Assembly: GCA_000934665.2 (NCBI GenBank)
Contig: JYFJ02002615.1
Span: 1-54,028 of the forward strand
Direction of reading: 5' to 3'
Length of the DNA stretch: 54,028 nucleotides
Source: Catajapyx aquilonaris
Taxonomy: Eukaryota
Part shown: positions 24,655 through 37,700 of the stretch, piece after piece
Numbering within the stretch: position 1 is the stretch's first letter
Layout: each line of letters opens with the position of its first letter
Notes under the pieces: model-generated
Told to the model about the DNA's origin: nothing
Seen by the model: the letters and a program-made list of their open reading frames with translations, nothing else
Database searches by the model: none
Program-made: the position numbers and the translations under genes

Positions 24655-27414
24655 GCCCTACTATACCAAAACTTGTCATAACTTCCTGCGGGCAAAATTG
24701 ATTTATTCCGGAGGATCACGAGGGGAGTGGCTCCTTATCTGCGCCATTTTCGTGCATAAAGGGAGCCGGTGATTGAGGCCGATCCACGCCTAATCTGCTT
24801 ATGCTTAAGTGCAATTTGTGATTAGCAGGGAGCGAGAGAGATTGAGAGTTGAGTTTTTTTGGGGGGGCTAGAAACATGCATCGTGGCGGAGGAATCGATG
24901 GGGTTGTACGACTTGGGGTGTTGTAAGGAGTGGGAATGAAGCATATGACATGTATGACTAGGAGGCATAATTTATGAGTGAATGTGAGGGGAGAACAAGT
25001 GCCTGGTATGTTGTACGAGTGCAATCGGCTGTTGTTGTTATCCGGCTTTTTGATCTTGTCTGTGCACTGAGACGCCGGCTGTTTACTCGAGTGTGCAAAT
25101 ATCTATGCAATTTTGATGTGCTCCTTTTTTGGTAGCGATTTTCGTGTGTACGTGAGGGAACTGAGTAAACTGGGAACACCTTTTCGTCGTTGCTACCACC
25201 TGATTGGCCGATTTTTTGTTTTGGGATTATTACCCGTGACCGGGCAGTGAACATTTCCATTGATGGAGTTCACAGAATGGAACATGGCTTAGTTTTGTCA
25301 CTGGCGATGTTAATTGCAGATTGCTACACTTCGCGCATTACAGCCGCAAAAATAATACATGCAGGCTATAGTGTAGGGGTCTGAAATGTCTGGAACCTAA
25401 ACGTTCTCCGACTAATGCGAAATTTACATCATCAATTGGGAAGTCAGTAGCAAAATAATTCCTGATATGCTTGGCAACCGATATTCCGCGCTGGTTTTCA
25501 ATCAAGCTGAAAAGCTGAAGGAGAGGTCAGATTAACGGATCTCTGCTGTTGATCGCGATAATTATGCTGTAAATTTTTTACAGAAACATGCTACACCGTC
25601 TGAGAAAGTTCGTGAATGTACTTGGTCGACACATGGATCAAATATTGTGAACAACAGTACATGGGAACACATTTTGTGCTGCCATATGTGGGGCATTTCC
25701 AAATGATTGTGGACTTGGGAACATCCTCCCAAATAATATGAGCTTATTATGGCTGTAACTTCTGTACACTAATTATTAATTTGTGGAAATTTAGTTCATA
25801 AATATTTTGAAAACCTCTCATTTGTAATTAATATTGAGGGGCGAGATAATCAGGAAAATATTCCTTCATTTTCGTGTTTGATGTGAAACTGTATGATCAT
25901 CAAAGATACTGTAATAAGAAAAGAAAAAAAAACAAGACAGTCTGAAATACAATGCTGCTTACTGCATGTCAACATGTAATACGTAATCGCACCGTGTATG
26001 ATTTGGACTCATTTACATTCGCCAGCATATTACACGTTTATGCTTATGTTGGTCAATATTCGATAAAGGTATACAGTATGGTGTCCCAGTGAAGTAAATG
26101 ATAAAATACTGTGCTACACTTATTCACATCTCACATGTTATAAAACGAAGCAATTAAACAAAAGTACTATAACATATATTTAAGCGTCAAAACTTCACAA
26201 TGTGGTAATGAAATTGCAATTTTCATAATGTTACACACTTGCACCTATTAAGAGTTTTAAGAAAGCTGTGTCACTAGAATTTTGTCTTTATTGCAGCGGA
26301 TGTGCCATTCTTTTTGCGCCATTACCTACATTCGAGGGTCATGCATTTAATGTGACCTTACCTTTTAGAATAGGATAATTACCGTGCATTTATGAATGAG
26401 TAACACTAAATTGATGCCAGATTGGATATGTGACTATTTCTGATGCTGCACCATTTCTGTCTCCATAACTTAGAAAATAATATTGTGAACCGGTAATTTG
26501 ACGCAAATTTCATGATATATTTATTTAATGGTTGCAAGCATGTAAAATTATGAAGGCTTTAATTTTATTCCCATAATCGGCGATATGTGAAGATCTGGGA
26601 AGTGTGCCTATTACATTTGTATAATAGAAAGTGACGTTTTAAGACATTAAATTTTTGTAAATCAGTGGTAAGGGGAATGACAAGAAATTATCTTGTCAAG
26701 TTTGTGATGAAATTACCAACAACTTGTTTCCGCACTAAAAGCAAATATTTACGCCTATTTAAAAAAGGCCACCCAGAATTTTCCCAAGCCAAAATATGCA
26801 CAATTATCAAAACTTACGAATTTGTGCCGAATTGCTATTAATTATATATTTTTCTCGAGCAGCCACCTGGTATGTTGCATAGGAAATTAAAATTTGAATT
26901 TTGTAACTAACAATTTTGGTCCTTTGGCCAACATCACGGAAGCGCACATTAGCAGTGACAATGGATGGTGTCAATAGCCCCCCTATTCCGGCACATACAG
27001 TAGCCTACTTGTCCATGGCTAGTGCATTTCAAGCAAAAATCCTGTACTTGAAAGAGACTATAGGAAAACACTTTATAAGCACGAATGTCTTCGACAAATC
27101 CATCACCATTGTCAATGAATTAATTCAGAGGACAAGAATAATTTATAGCAGACGTGATCGTGCTGGTTTCCACTGGGCAACCACGAACTTGGGAGCGGAA
27201 AACTGCGGTTTAGGTCGGTAACCGCACCTGGGGAATAGCTTTCACGGATCGGATCCTCTGGACAATAGGAATACGGATGTGTTGAACCCCTGCAGTGTCG
27301 AACATGTATAGGATGTATAGGCTTTTAGGAATATAACACTTACGCAATATTTTGGTACTTGTGTTGTGGTTATAGTGAGTTGTTTTTAATTGTTGCCTTC
27401 CTGTTTCTTTCCAG

Positions 27415-27542
27415 CAAGGTGCCTGCTTTCTTGAGTGTGGTTGACATCGCAGGGTTGGTGAAAGGAGCATCAGAAGGCCAAGGACTGGGAAACGCTTTTC
27501 TTTCCCACATCAAAGGCTGTGACTCCTTGTTCCACGTATGCC
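27415..27542 (+). CDS. OLA1: OLA1 internal coding exon, 128 nt, [42 protein letters not shown](R)
   Basis: Contains the YchF/OLA1 G3 signature [20 protein letters not shown]. Acceptor ccttcctgtttctttccAG| and donor C|GTAAGT. Phase 2 in and phase 1 out are consistent with the flanking exons. Confidence 0.98.
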
Positions 27543-29572
27543 GTAAGTACATTCCCTCTTGAAAATTCAAGGTCATGTTCCAGAGATCATTGCAACCAAT
27601 TTGCACAAAGATGCTCTCCTGTACTTCAGTTTTTTTTCCGTCTACTATACTGCTCAGTGCCCATATTCGAGGCAGAAAAGAAGCGGCGCAGCGTATTAAT
27701 CGGACTGCAATGGGAAGTTGATATGAATATATACGAAACGATTTTGCAATCAGCAATAAGGTTTTTAAAATGCATTTTAAAAACTTCAATCTACAACTTT
27801 CCCAATGCTATATGGAACTATATGGAAATTAAATGGGGTCTTTGTGAAATTCCCTCAGTATCGTATCAAAAGCTTGTATCATATCAATAAAATTCTTTCG
27901 ATAATATTAACAATGTAGGAAGCAACATATGCTGAAGATGTTGAATGAGATGTTTTAAAGAGAAAACAGACGCTGTATACGTATACACATGCTCTTATAT
28001 AAGAAATTTGGTAAATTTAGCTACCAATGTGGTGAAAGTGAGTGTATCAAGTATACGTGGTGTCCGGATAGTGTGGGTAAAGCGTGACTCAGTCTTCTGA
28101 CACCTTGTTGTCAAAATTTGAGCAAATAATGGCCATTTTGAGCAGCAGTGATTTCCAAAATTCGATATCTAGTAAAAAAAACCGACAATAAGAGTAAGCC
28201 TCACTATTTGACATGTAAGAATGTGATTATTATGCACCAGTGTGCCCCATTCGCACGAATAATGTAGATCAGATTGCTCAATTGTTCAGTACTAATTACA
28301 GATAGTAACTACAAAAAGAGACAAATAACGGCGATGTGGTACTATTTACTGTTCGCGCCACAGTGACGTGATTATGACACGTTCTGAATCGCTGTTATTT
28401 ATTGGGTCAGCTGTAAAAGCTTAGATATATAAAAAAAAATCTGGAAAATAGATGTTGTGTAATAATTCTACCATATGACTGCTGTTTACCACTTGACACA
28501 TTGCTTGTCGATCACTATTCTCACGTATATAGACGTTGATTGTCCCTGCCACACGGCCGGCGGCATTATTCATTGTTCTTTCTCTATGGATAATTGCACA
28601 TTATGACGCACCTGCACATTGCATAACAGTTATCACGAATATGTTTAAGTCTATTCATACGTACGTGCAATTGAAGCAGTTATTTGATTTACGACACAGA
28701 TAATAATGAAATTTGTAATATTATACTTTCGGTATTAGGCGAATGCGTAGTTAGGTTTATTTCTTCATCATTAGGAAATCTTGAACCATTCTGAGACTCA
28801 CGTGCAGCATGCGGTTGTTCCGCAAACATAACATCACGCAATATCGTCTTCAAAGCACAGTTTGTACGTTTTAAAGGGAATTTGGTACTCCCCAGTTGCT
28901 GGCCGCCTTTCCTTGCGAATCATAAATTGAAGTGACCTGTTCAGTGTTGATACAGAATTTTCTGCTCATATGTATAGTGGTTGAGGCCATAGAGAGCCGT
29001 TACCCCGTGTGCGGCTCGTGGCCTTTTAGGCACTCTTCTTCCATGACCCGACTGCTGATGAATTCTGATTGTGAAAGGAAACGGGAGAATCCCGAAGAAA
29101 TCCACCTGAGCACAGAGAGAACCCATCGGAACTCTTTCCACTTGAGAAATTCTTCCGTTGGACCCGGGATCGTATGTGGGACATTAACGCTAACCACCAC
29201 ACCATTATGCTGCTGTATAAGCAGTTCTTATACTAAGTAACATACAGTATGTACAGTAATGCAAATGCACAATTTGTCGAAAAGTAGCAAGCACAAATAC
29301 TGCGGGTGTTGTAACGAGAAATAATTGTTACCCAGGATTTTACTGAATACTGATGCGGGTGTTAATATACAAATTAGGGTAAACTCTGCTGAGATTGGTC
29401 AGGTCTGTAAATTTAACAAAAAAATTGCAAGCTGACTTAGATGGTAACATCACACCATAAGAAATGGGCATGTCGTGATTATTTCTGCACAAAATATTTC
29501 TCCTTCCGATATAGTGCTTTCGAAGTGATCGGTAGTCCCATTATGACCGGAAAATCCTCACATTGTGCAGTA

Positions 29573-29872
29573 CAGTGTTGGACATTAATCGCGTCTAATC
29601 GCGTCATACTGCTTGCGACATTTTCTGATGCGGCAGAAGTGCAAATCGAAGTGATAGAGTGTGAGCCATGCGAGTAAGAAGAGGCAGGCCTTGAGTGACG
29701 TCACCGGCTGGGGGGAAATGGAGAAAAGGCTTGTCCCCTGCCAGTGACGTCACCCAAGGGCTACCATTTCTTACTAGCACAGCTCGCACTCTATCACTTC
29801 GATTTGGACTTCTGCCGCTTCGGGAAATGTCGCTAGCAGTATGACGGAATTAATGCCCAGAAGCCAGAACTG
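29573..29872. mobile_element. Fold-back MITE, 300 bp, TA target-site duplication, CAGT...ACTG ends
   Basis: TA-cagt ... actg-TA. Arms pair over most of the length (cgtcatactgct.gcgacattt / aaatgtcgctagcagtatgacg; aaatcgaagtgatagagtg / cactctatcacttcgattt). Confidence 0.85.
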
Positions 29873-30718
29873 TACAGAATGTCGACCTAAATGCTCTTGA
29901 GCATGTTTTGTTTTGCTTAGTATGTGCACACGTGCAGTCTTGCTCGCTCTATAAAGCAAACTGCCAACATTTACTCCGACATATTATGTATATGTGGCAC
30001 TTAATTACTTAGTGGTGTCGCGGCGTGAACGTCCAGTACTAATTGCTGTACCATACAAGTGTATGTAATTTTACTATGTCATTTATAGGAACGATAGGAT
30101 TTATAGGCGACGGTGCATATTCACTTGGAATAAATATTTATTTGGTGGGGTCGCCCACTTGCTTTGTAATTGTTCCTCGGTCAACTTTATGTGTTGCCAG
30201 GTCGCTCCGGTCATTACTGGCTTGAATGGGAGGCGGGAGGACTGTCGACAGAGGGGCAGTGCTGAGCTGCATTCATTGGAGTAATAAGACTATTTATTTT
30301 TGAGGTATTGTTGCAACTTCGAAACTGTAGCGATCAAGTGAAATATAAGCAATGAACACTGTAATGCATTATTTTAACATTATGCAAAATTATATTACAT
30401 GGTAGTGGAAAAATCATGTGTGATACCGGTTGTGTACATTCCACCCGATGCATATAGCCCTTAATTTTATTATGCACATCCTAAATCACCCATTCCAAAC
30501 TAGGTAGTTGAATTTTGGACCGGAAGCCATGATTGTATCGGTCAGAAAATTCCACGACACTCAGGGAGCACCACTTTTTACCTGGAAGCCAAGCGGAGGT
30601 AGAATGGGCGTGGCCTCACCTGTTTTTAATGGCCGATCCCGATTCCTTGGTTCGATACGAGCCCAATTTTAATTAACCATGGCGCCAACCGTAGTGGGCC
30701 GTTTCCTGTGTGGGTCGA

Positions 30719-30745
30719 GCACTAGATGGCACCACCAGATGGGGG
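30719..30745 (+). promoter_or_regulatory. Tandem CTCF-like motifs (candidate insulator)
   Basis: GCACTAGATGGCACC overlapping CCACCAGATGGGGG, compared with the consensus CCASYAGRKGGCRC. Confidence 0.35.
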
Positions 30746-31541
30746 GCCCTCTACCTTCTTACATGAAGAATATAGGCCTAAGGTAGATGATGGCAGTGGT
30801 GGATTCGGTAGCTGAGCAGACCCGCTGAGCTGTATTAAGGGCCTGACTTCTCACCTGGATGGGGGAGGAGGAAAAATGAGGGAAATAAATGAGTTGGTCC
30901 CGACCCCTGGGATGGGCCTCCCCCTCCTCTTCTCCTCCCCGTCCACTCCCATTCACCCCCTTTTATTATTCATTCTTCTGCGATGGGATTAACTCCACCA
31001 AGTCCTTCAATCGTATGATGGCGTTTTTTTTTTATAGGAGGGAAGTACACGAGACCACCCGCAGATTGTTTCGTTTTTGATGGAGATTGTTACGTGACAG
31101 GTAACATTTCAGGTGTATTGCGTAGTCACTTTGTAATAGGACTGGGCGTGTCCCGTGATTACTGGACGGAATGACTGTGCCACATGTGTAACTTGCAATG
31201 GCATTGAACAACAATGATGGTCATATGGGCGTAATGACAACGGCACATTGAGCGTCTGGTTTCTTGTAGTTGTAGTAGTTGGTCAAAGGAATATGATTAT
31301 TATTAAGAATTAGGAGTGATTTGCTTCGTAAAAACAATAATGGTGGTAGAACTGTGTGGAATACCAAGGACGGCATAGATATCTTGGGTTGTAAACATAG
31401 GCAATAACCGGTGTTGATGCTGCAATGGTATCTGACTGATATATTATTGCAGAATAAGTTCCAAATGTATGGAGTTCATGCTATATCCCTCATTATACAC
31501 ATGCTACATTTATTCACTGGATGTGCAAATCTGGAGATATA

Positions 31542-31772
31542 CAGGGTGTTCCATATTCGTGGGTCACTTTTTGATAACTGATATCGCCCAATAGCAGTTA
31601 TTTTTTGTAGCTTATTGTGCCCCTATAACCACGTGTAGCACCCCCAGTGGGTCGAATATAGAAGCAGTTATAGAATGGGGCACATGGTTAGTGGCACAGC
31701 AAGCTACAACAAATAACTGCAATCGGTCGATATCAGTTATCAAAAAGTGACCCACGAATCTGGAACACCCTG
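31542..31772. mobile_element. Fold-back MITE, 231 bp, TA TSD, CAGGGTGTTCCA termini
   Basis: TA-cagggtgttccatattcgtgggtcactttttgataactgatatcg ... cgatatcagttatcaaaaagtgacccacgaatctggaacaccctg-TA. Confidence 0.92.
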
Positions 31773-34700
31773 TATTAATAAACTTGTGTATATTTATGAT
31801 GCACAGCCAGTCGCTGATTTACTTAAGTGGATCATTTCGCAATATTACCCGTCAGGTACGTCGAATTTTACGTAACATTGCCGGACATGTCCAACTGTTT
31901 ACAATATGCAATGGTGTAGTGTAACCTTACACGCCTCGTACATCGATACTGTGGAGTCACTGTCCTATTCAATTGAAGCCGTTACGAGCGGGAAAGGGTT
32001 CCCCGCGATGCCCAGAAGCGGGTTGCAAATGTTTGTCACGTGTAAATTAAGTGAGGGAATGGGCCTAAAATAAATATCTGTTTCCTTTCCACCAAGCTAT
32101 TATCGGTACAGTCGCATTTGGATACTAAATTGTGAACAATGGCTTATTGCAGTGTTATAGGTTTCAAGAAATTGTCTTCAGCATGTGCTAGACGTACCGG
32201 AAAGATATCAGTAAACAGCCATGGAAATGTACCATCATGTTGCATTTTGTATTGGATAGAAGGGGTGGAATTTTTATTCCGGTCTTGCCTCAAAGAACAA
32301 AAGCTTATGCACGCTTAGGATGCTTTGCAGTTTGAAAGGAGTAGGCGTTACCCGCCAACCAGTTTGGGTTCGTGGAAAGAAGCCGTATGGTAAGCGTTCG
32401 TGTACTGTAATTTGTGTTGCATTGCACGGTGGTATGCCAGGGATGCTTAATTCTTCTTCAGCGGCAATTTGTCATTCACTTAAGCTGTATATAGTGTCAC
32501 TTTTGATTTTGTTAGTGTGTTGACGAATGTATCGCCGTTGTACTAAGGGCACGAGTAGCATAGAGCCTATACTTGCAATACATTCGAAACTTGCAGGCCA
32601 TGTCATAAGAAGGGAAGCATGTTATTAATTTATAGGCCTATTCAGCATATGTGCACATGTGTGATAGATTTGAAATGTACACCACTTCTTGTGTCCCGAG
32701 AGTCAGCGTAAATATGTACTGTTTTAAAATCCCGCAGATGTTGACCTCATGTTTTTTGCATGTGTGCGATAGGAGATATTGTGACTTATGAGATAATTTT
32801 TTTACCGTTCTGAGACAATACTGTAATAATAAAAATCCAGCACAGGTGCTAAGACTCGTCGCTGTTATATGGCCGTATACGTTCTTCTTATAGAAAGGCC
32901 GCTGTTATTATATAAGGAGCAGTTGGCGTTTGAGCCGTGATTGCTATAAGCAGTGAATACCAAGCCAGGAGCGTATGTTATAAGATTAAGTATGAACATG
33001 TTACTCTTAGGTCTATTGCATTAATGATAACGAGAATTTTGTCATAATAGTTTTTTTTTTTTTTCAAACCCGCCGTTTGGGCTGAATTTGTTTAGAGATG
33101 GCGCTGGCGGCTCCTCTTCAGACATTCACCAAAATGGAAAAGGGAGCAGTTACTTTGTTTCTTACACAGAAATGGACAAACACCATCTAAGTGCTGTACT
33201 GGAGAATACATGCGTGTATGTATAATTGTATATGCTTACGACTGGTGTAAAAAATTCCAGGTGCCATAGCTCTATATTCTACTGGCAAGGCTGTGGTCGC
33301 TTCATATGATCCTACCTCGTAAATAAAGGCTCGAACTGTCATTTTTTGAACAGCATATATTTTTTGCACACGCAGGCATTACGATTTATATCAGATTCAA
33401 TGACAATCGGGTGTATGCCATTTTAAATTGCCTTTTCATTTAGGTAATCATATCCCGCACCCTTACTATTTCCAGTTCAGTCTGAGTAAAACCTACTCTT
33501 ATATGCTGGTTGGCAATTTACGATGGAGTTGAACTTATTGGTGCAGGCGGTTATAGAATCGTATAGAAAAAATCACCTCCGAATTCAATCTGGGAATTCA
33601 GAATTTTTAAATGTTTAGCTGATGTCATGAATCCCAAACAGTTGAAGTTTGACGGGGAAGCTATCAATTTACAGAACGATTTGGAATAAAATGCATGAGT
33701 TTAAACTGTCTTGTCGGCACTTGCTCTTCAATCGCGTATGTATGGAGAAGACAATTGTTTCGCATTTTCCAGCATTCTATGCATATTGAACTACTAAACA
33801 ACGTACAGGTACATAATTAATGATCGTAATAATGGCAAATCATGGTCATTTTGGCTTGATGAAAACAGTCGTGAAGCCTGTTCAATTGCGTGTCATGCTG
33901 CTTAAAGGATTACAGTTTATCTATAAGATCCTATGCTAGGTATTCTCCACATTTGGTACAGTCTCTACACAGAGTATAAACAGACTTATTCAACGGTGCT
34001 AAACATTCATAGAATGAAATACATGAGGCCGTTTGTGCTGTGCGGATCGTCGATGAACGCCCGTGAACGCCCGTGTGAGAATCTTGACTTCTCAGATATT
34101 TTGATCAACCTGAACAGCTAGGCCTGTATTTTTACGGACCGACATGTGCTGAGCAGTATAATCAATTGTCTGCGTACCTGTTTAAGTTCGGTTTGGATGT
34201 GCTGCGAGGCGGACGTGATCTGCGAGAAAAACAAAAGCCGGCTGATGGGGTTAGCGTAGTGGTCGTAGTGGTCGGTGGGTCTCGGAGGCGTAATTTCTAC
34301 TGCACGGCCAGAAAGGCTCAGACACCCGCACTTTCATTCCCGACACTTTCCCCTTTCCAAGCAGATGATGTATACACACCCGCAGGGTTTTTTTTTTCTG
34401 TTCGACCCTGAGCATTTCAGTCAGGGTATCATGCGACCTGAACACCCAATTTTTTTTACCCCCCGGAAGTCTGCAGTTAATATCGAATTTAATGGATCCT
34501 GTAGTTAGGCCGAGTTCCTTTTGTGTTATTGATCATTATTGTGGTTCGCTGTATTTTCGGCATATAAAATGTGTTCATTTAGGTTTTATATTGCATTTTT
34601 TATAAGAACGACTATTGTACTACTATATGATAAAACTCCATTTTCACGAAAACGGCCAGGAAGTCAAAGGCTATAGTTTTTCAAAGGACTGGGACATAAA

Positions 34701-37700
34701 TAATACAGGTGTCACTATTTTGTTGTGATCTTGACATATTTTGTTTTGATGTTTAACTCGCAATAATATTTGAGCCAACTGCAATGAACTAAACAGTGAT
34801 GACTGGATAGTGTATAGATTCTGATCTTAACAATGCCACATTTTTGTGGGATTACAAGAAGCCTAATATATTGTATGACCATCAATATATTCCAACGTTA
34901 GTGGTTTTAGTATTTATGAAGAAGCGGGCCCTCGAAACCAGATACATCATCTTTGTAATTGCCTTTATTGTTGTTATCGCAATCCTGTTAAATGATTAGC
35001 CAATACGCTCATGTTAATAATGAAACTTCATGGAGGAAAGAGCACCACCCTCTATACGCTAAGTACATGTGCTGTTTCGGGCCTGGCTGCACCTTAATGA
35101 ATTACTCTGACTAGTTTCCTTTGTATTCCAAATTACTTCATGGAATGAGGTTTGCAAAATTCATGCACCTATACTTGCAAAGTAGACGAGCACATGGAAA
35201 TGCGAATTTGGAGGCTTCGTTTTCTCCGAACCAACAGAACAACTAGGATCTTGTTGTTGCCTGGTCTAGATTAATTTGCATAATTGCAGCAATTATCTTC
35301 TAAATTGGAGAGTATTGTAAGTTTCGGATCCGGTGGATAATTTTTTTCGCACTCGGGTAATTATGGTGACCTTCTGGCGGTTAACCGCAAATCAAGTATG
35401 AATAGGTGTACTTTATTCAAGAAATTAGGATCATTTGTCACAGGTTTTATTGTTCATCGATGGTTTGAAAAATTAAGTACCAGTAAGTTATGTGCATGAG
35501 TTAGAAACGTATAAGGTTCTGAAAATGCCGACGTGATTAATAAGTGCAGCCCTAATTATGGTTGCAATTTCCATACAACATTGATAAAACGTCAATTGTT
35601 GAAAAAAAAACCGTGCACATGTTTAGGTTTTGTTATTTTTCTAAAACCTGCTATACTTTTATTTGTAGTGTGCGAGGCACCGGTAACTCTTACCGTCATT
35701 TTTGTAAATATTGCTGTATATTGCTGCAAAATTAAAACGAAAGTCGAATCGGTGCATTTTTTAATTTATGAAAGTTACTTCTCCTGCTGAAGGTACTTTT
35801 TTTTAAAAATAAGGATAAAGCATGCGAAACTTGTACTCTTGTAAGCCTACCTTTTGTTTGTAGATTTGTAATATACTCCTAAGATTAAGATTAGTGCACT
35901 TATTGTTCACTTTATGCTTTGTAAACTGTTGCATGGGAAGTTATGCACCAGTTTTTTTTTTAAATGCATGACGTCAATGGTAAATCATACCTTTCTCCCT
36001 CTCAGGGTTTGTCACGCCAACCTCAATCCATTCTGCACCTTCTTTCAGCGTAACATCCTTTATGAATAGCCTATAGTTTTGTAACACATCCACCATGTAT
36101 GCATTACTGCTGAAATTCTAGCGAGTGATATGCAATAACTCTTGAAAGTTTGCATGCATTCTGATCGGTGTGACAATACATATGTAGTATTTGCTCAGAT
36201 TTCACACTGAATTAATTTATAGACATTCAGAGACATTATTTTAATGTATGTTATTTGTTGTGTATCATATGATAACGTAAAGGCTGACTCTGGCCTAACA
36301 GATTTTAGAAACACTGGAAGAATCCTAATATGTTTAGTATTGTTACATGTACTCAAAAAGGATTTTTTTTTGTCGTTTCCGGGAGTGTGTGTGATGTGGG
36401 GGTGGCGTGGGGAGTTTGGAAGGTGGACGGGGAAGGATGCAGGGTGGTGGGAGAGGGAATAGGGTGGGGGAAGGGGGGTAGTAGCGTGAATGAGCGGCGG
36501 GGCGTAATGAGGGGTCTGGGACGAGGTGGGGGAGGTTAGAGGAGGGGGCCGGCGCCGGTCTGGGCGGCGCCATATCCACCCCCCTCTCCCTCCCCATCCT
36601 CCCAGCCAACCCACCCACCTCCTCACCTCAACCACCTTCTCTCTAATTACTCAACTTTCTCACCTGTCCGCGGCGTCCCGATGGCGCTGGGGTCGCTGGA
36701 ATATTATTTCATACCGGCCGCCAGGTGGAACCATTATTCAGCTACATTTTTCGTGGAGCTACTTTTAAAATTCAACACGAAGGCTTGACTCTACCTGTGC
36801 TGATTAGGAGCACTGGTTTTAAACCAGTGTGCTGGGTACCCCTCAAATGGCAGACTACTGATGGTAATGGGGAAAATGGAAGGAAAACTCCTGGTCCTAC
36901 TAAAGTGTGCACCTGCATACCGGCATGCTTACTCTCTCTGGTACATTCCAATTTGTTCCAATATGGTTTGATGTCAACTTGATGCCATTGTTGTTATCGG
37001 TTGCTTAATGTAGACAACAGTGGTAACGTTATTCTGACCCTGAATAAATGTATTATTTTCCTTGGATACTGTTGCTTACCACTTGCAGCGTATCGTCATA
37101 TCAGAATGAGTATTCCCTCAGGAAAAAGAGTATTGATAGCATACTCGTATACCGTGTGATCAGTAATTACCTGAATTTCGTCTGGTAGGGCGAGCCCTAA
37201 TCTATTGTAAAGACGAAAATGCTCGACGACATTTTTCGGGTAATTACGAAGTTTTATTAAGAGACTTAATTACCGGTACGTCATTCAGGAGTAATGAATT
37301 TTATTCTGTTGGCGTTGGCTGTAAGAAAATATCCTGCAATGTAGATCACCCGTTTAGCAGAGGTGCTAGGTGTGTGGTAGATAACATACGGGCATAAATT
37401 TGATGCAAACTTTTACAGGGAATTAATTTAAGTTACTGTACCTACATAAGTGTCACTTGGTCTACAGAGTCTCGTTACTAAGGTAAGGGGTTTAAAAGAC
37501 AGGGTAATCCGTAAATATCCTAACAGATATGTGTCTCTCCATCACACGACCTCGCCTTTACAATATACTGTAGATTTTAATTTAAATTGCAGTTACGTTA
37601 GGTATAGGAGGCTGTTGTCGAGGGGACAAAAGTATTGTTTGATGTTCAGTAAAACAGGACTGCATACATTTTGTTACAACACGTGGATATCAGGGCTGCG

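Larger units (their letters stand above)
7270..27414 (+). other. OLA1 intron, ~20.1 kb, GT-AG, phase 2
   Basis: GTAAGT start and ttccAG end; the flanking exons join in frame. Contains an N at 24640, so the true length is uncertain. Confidence 0.9.

Noticed and set aside
27359..27562. 67 aa ORF as a standalone gene
   Set aside because: It is the 128 nt OLA1 exon plus intronic flanks.
36195..36768. Pro/Gly-rich ORFs of up to 146 aa
   Set aside because: Products of low-complexity G/C runs with no recognisable domain or splice context.
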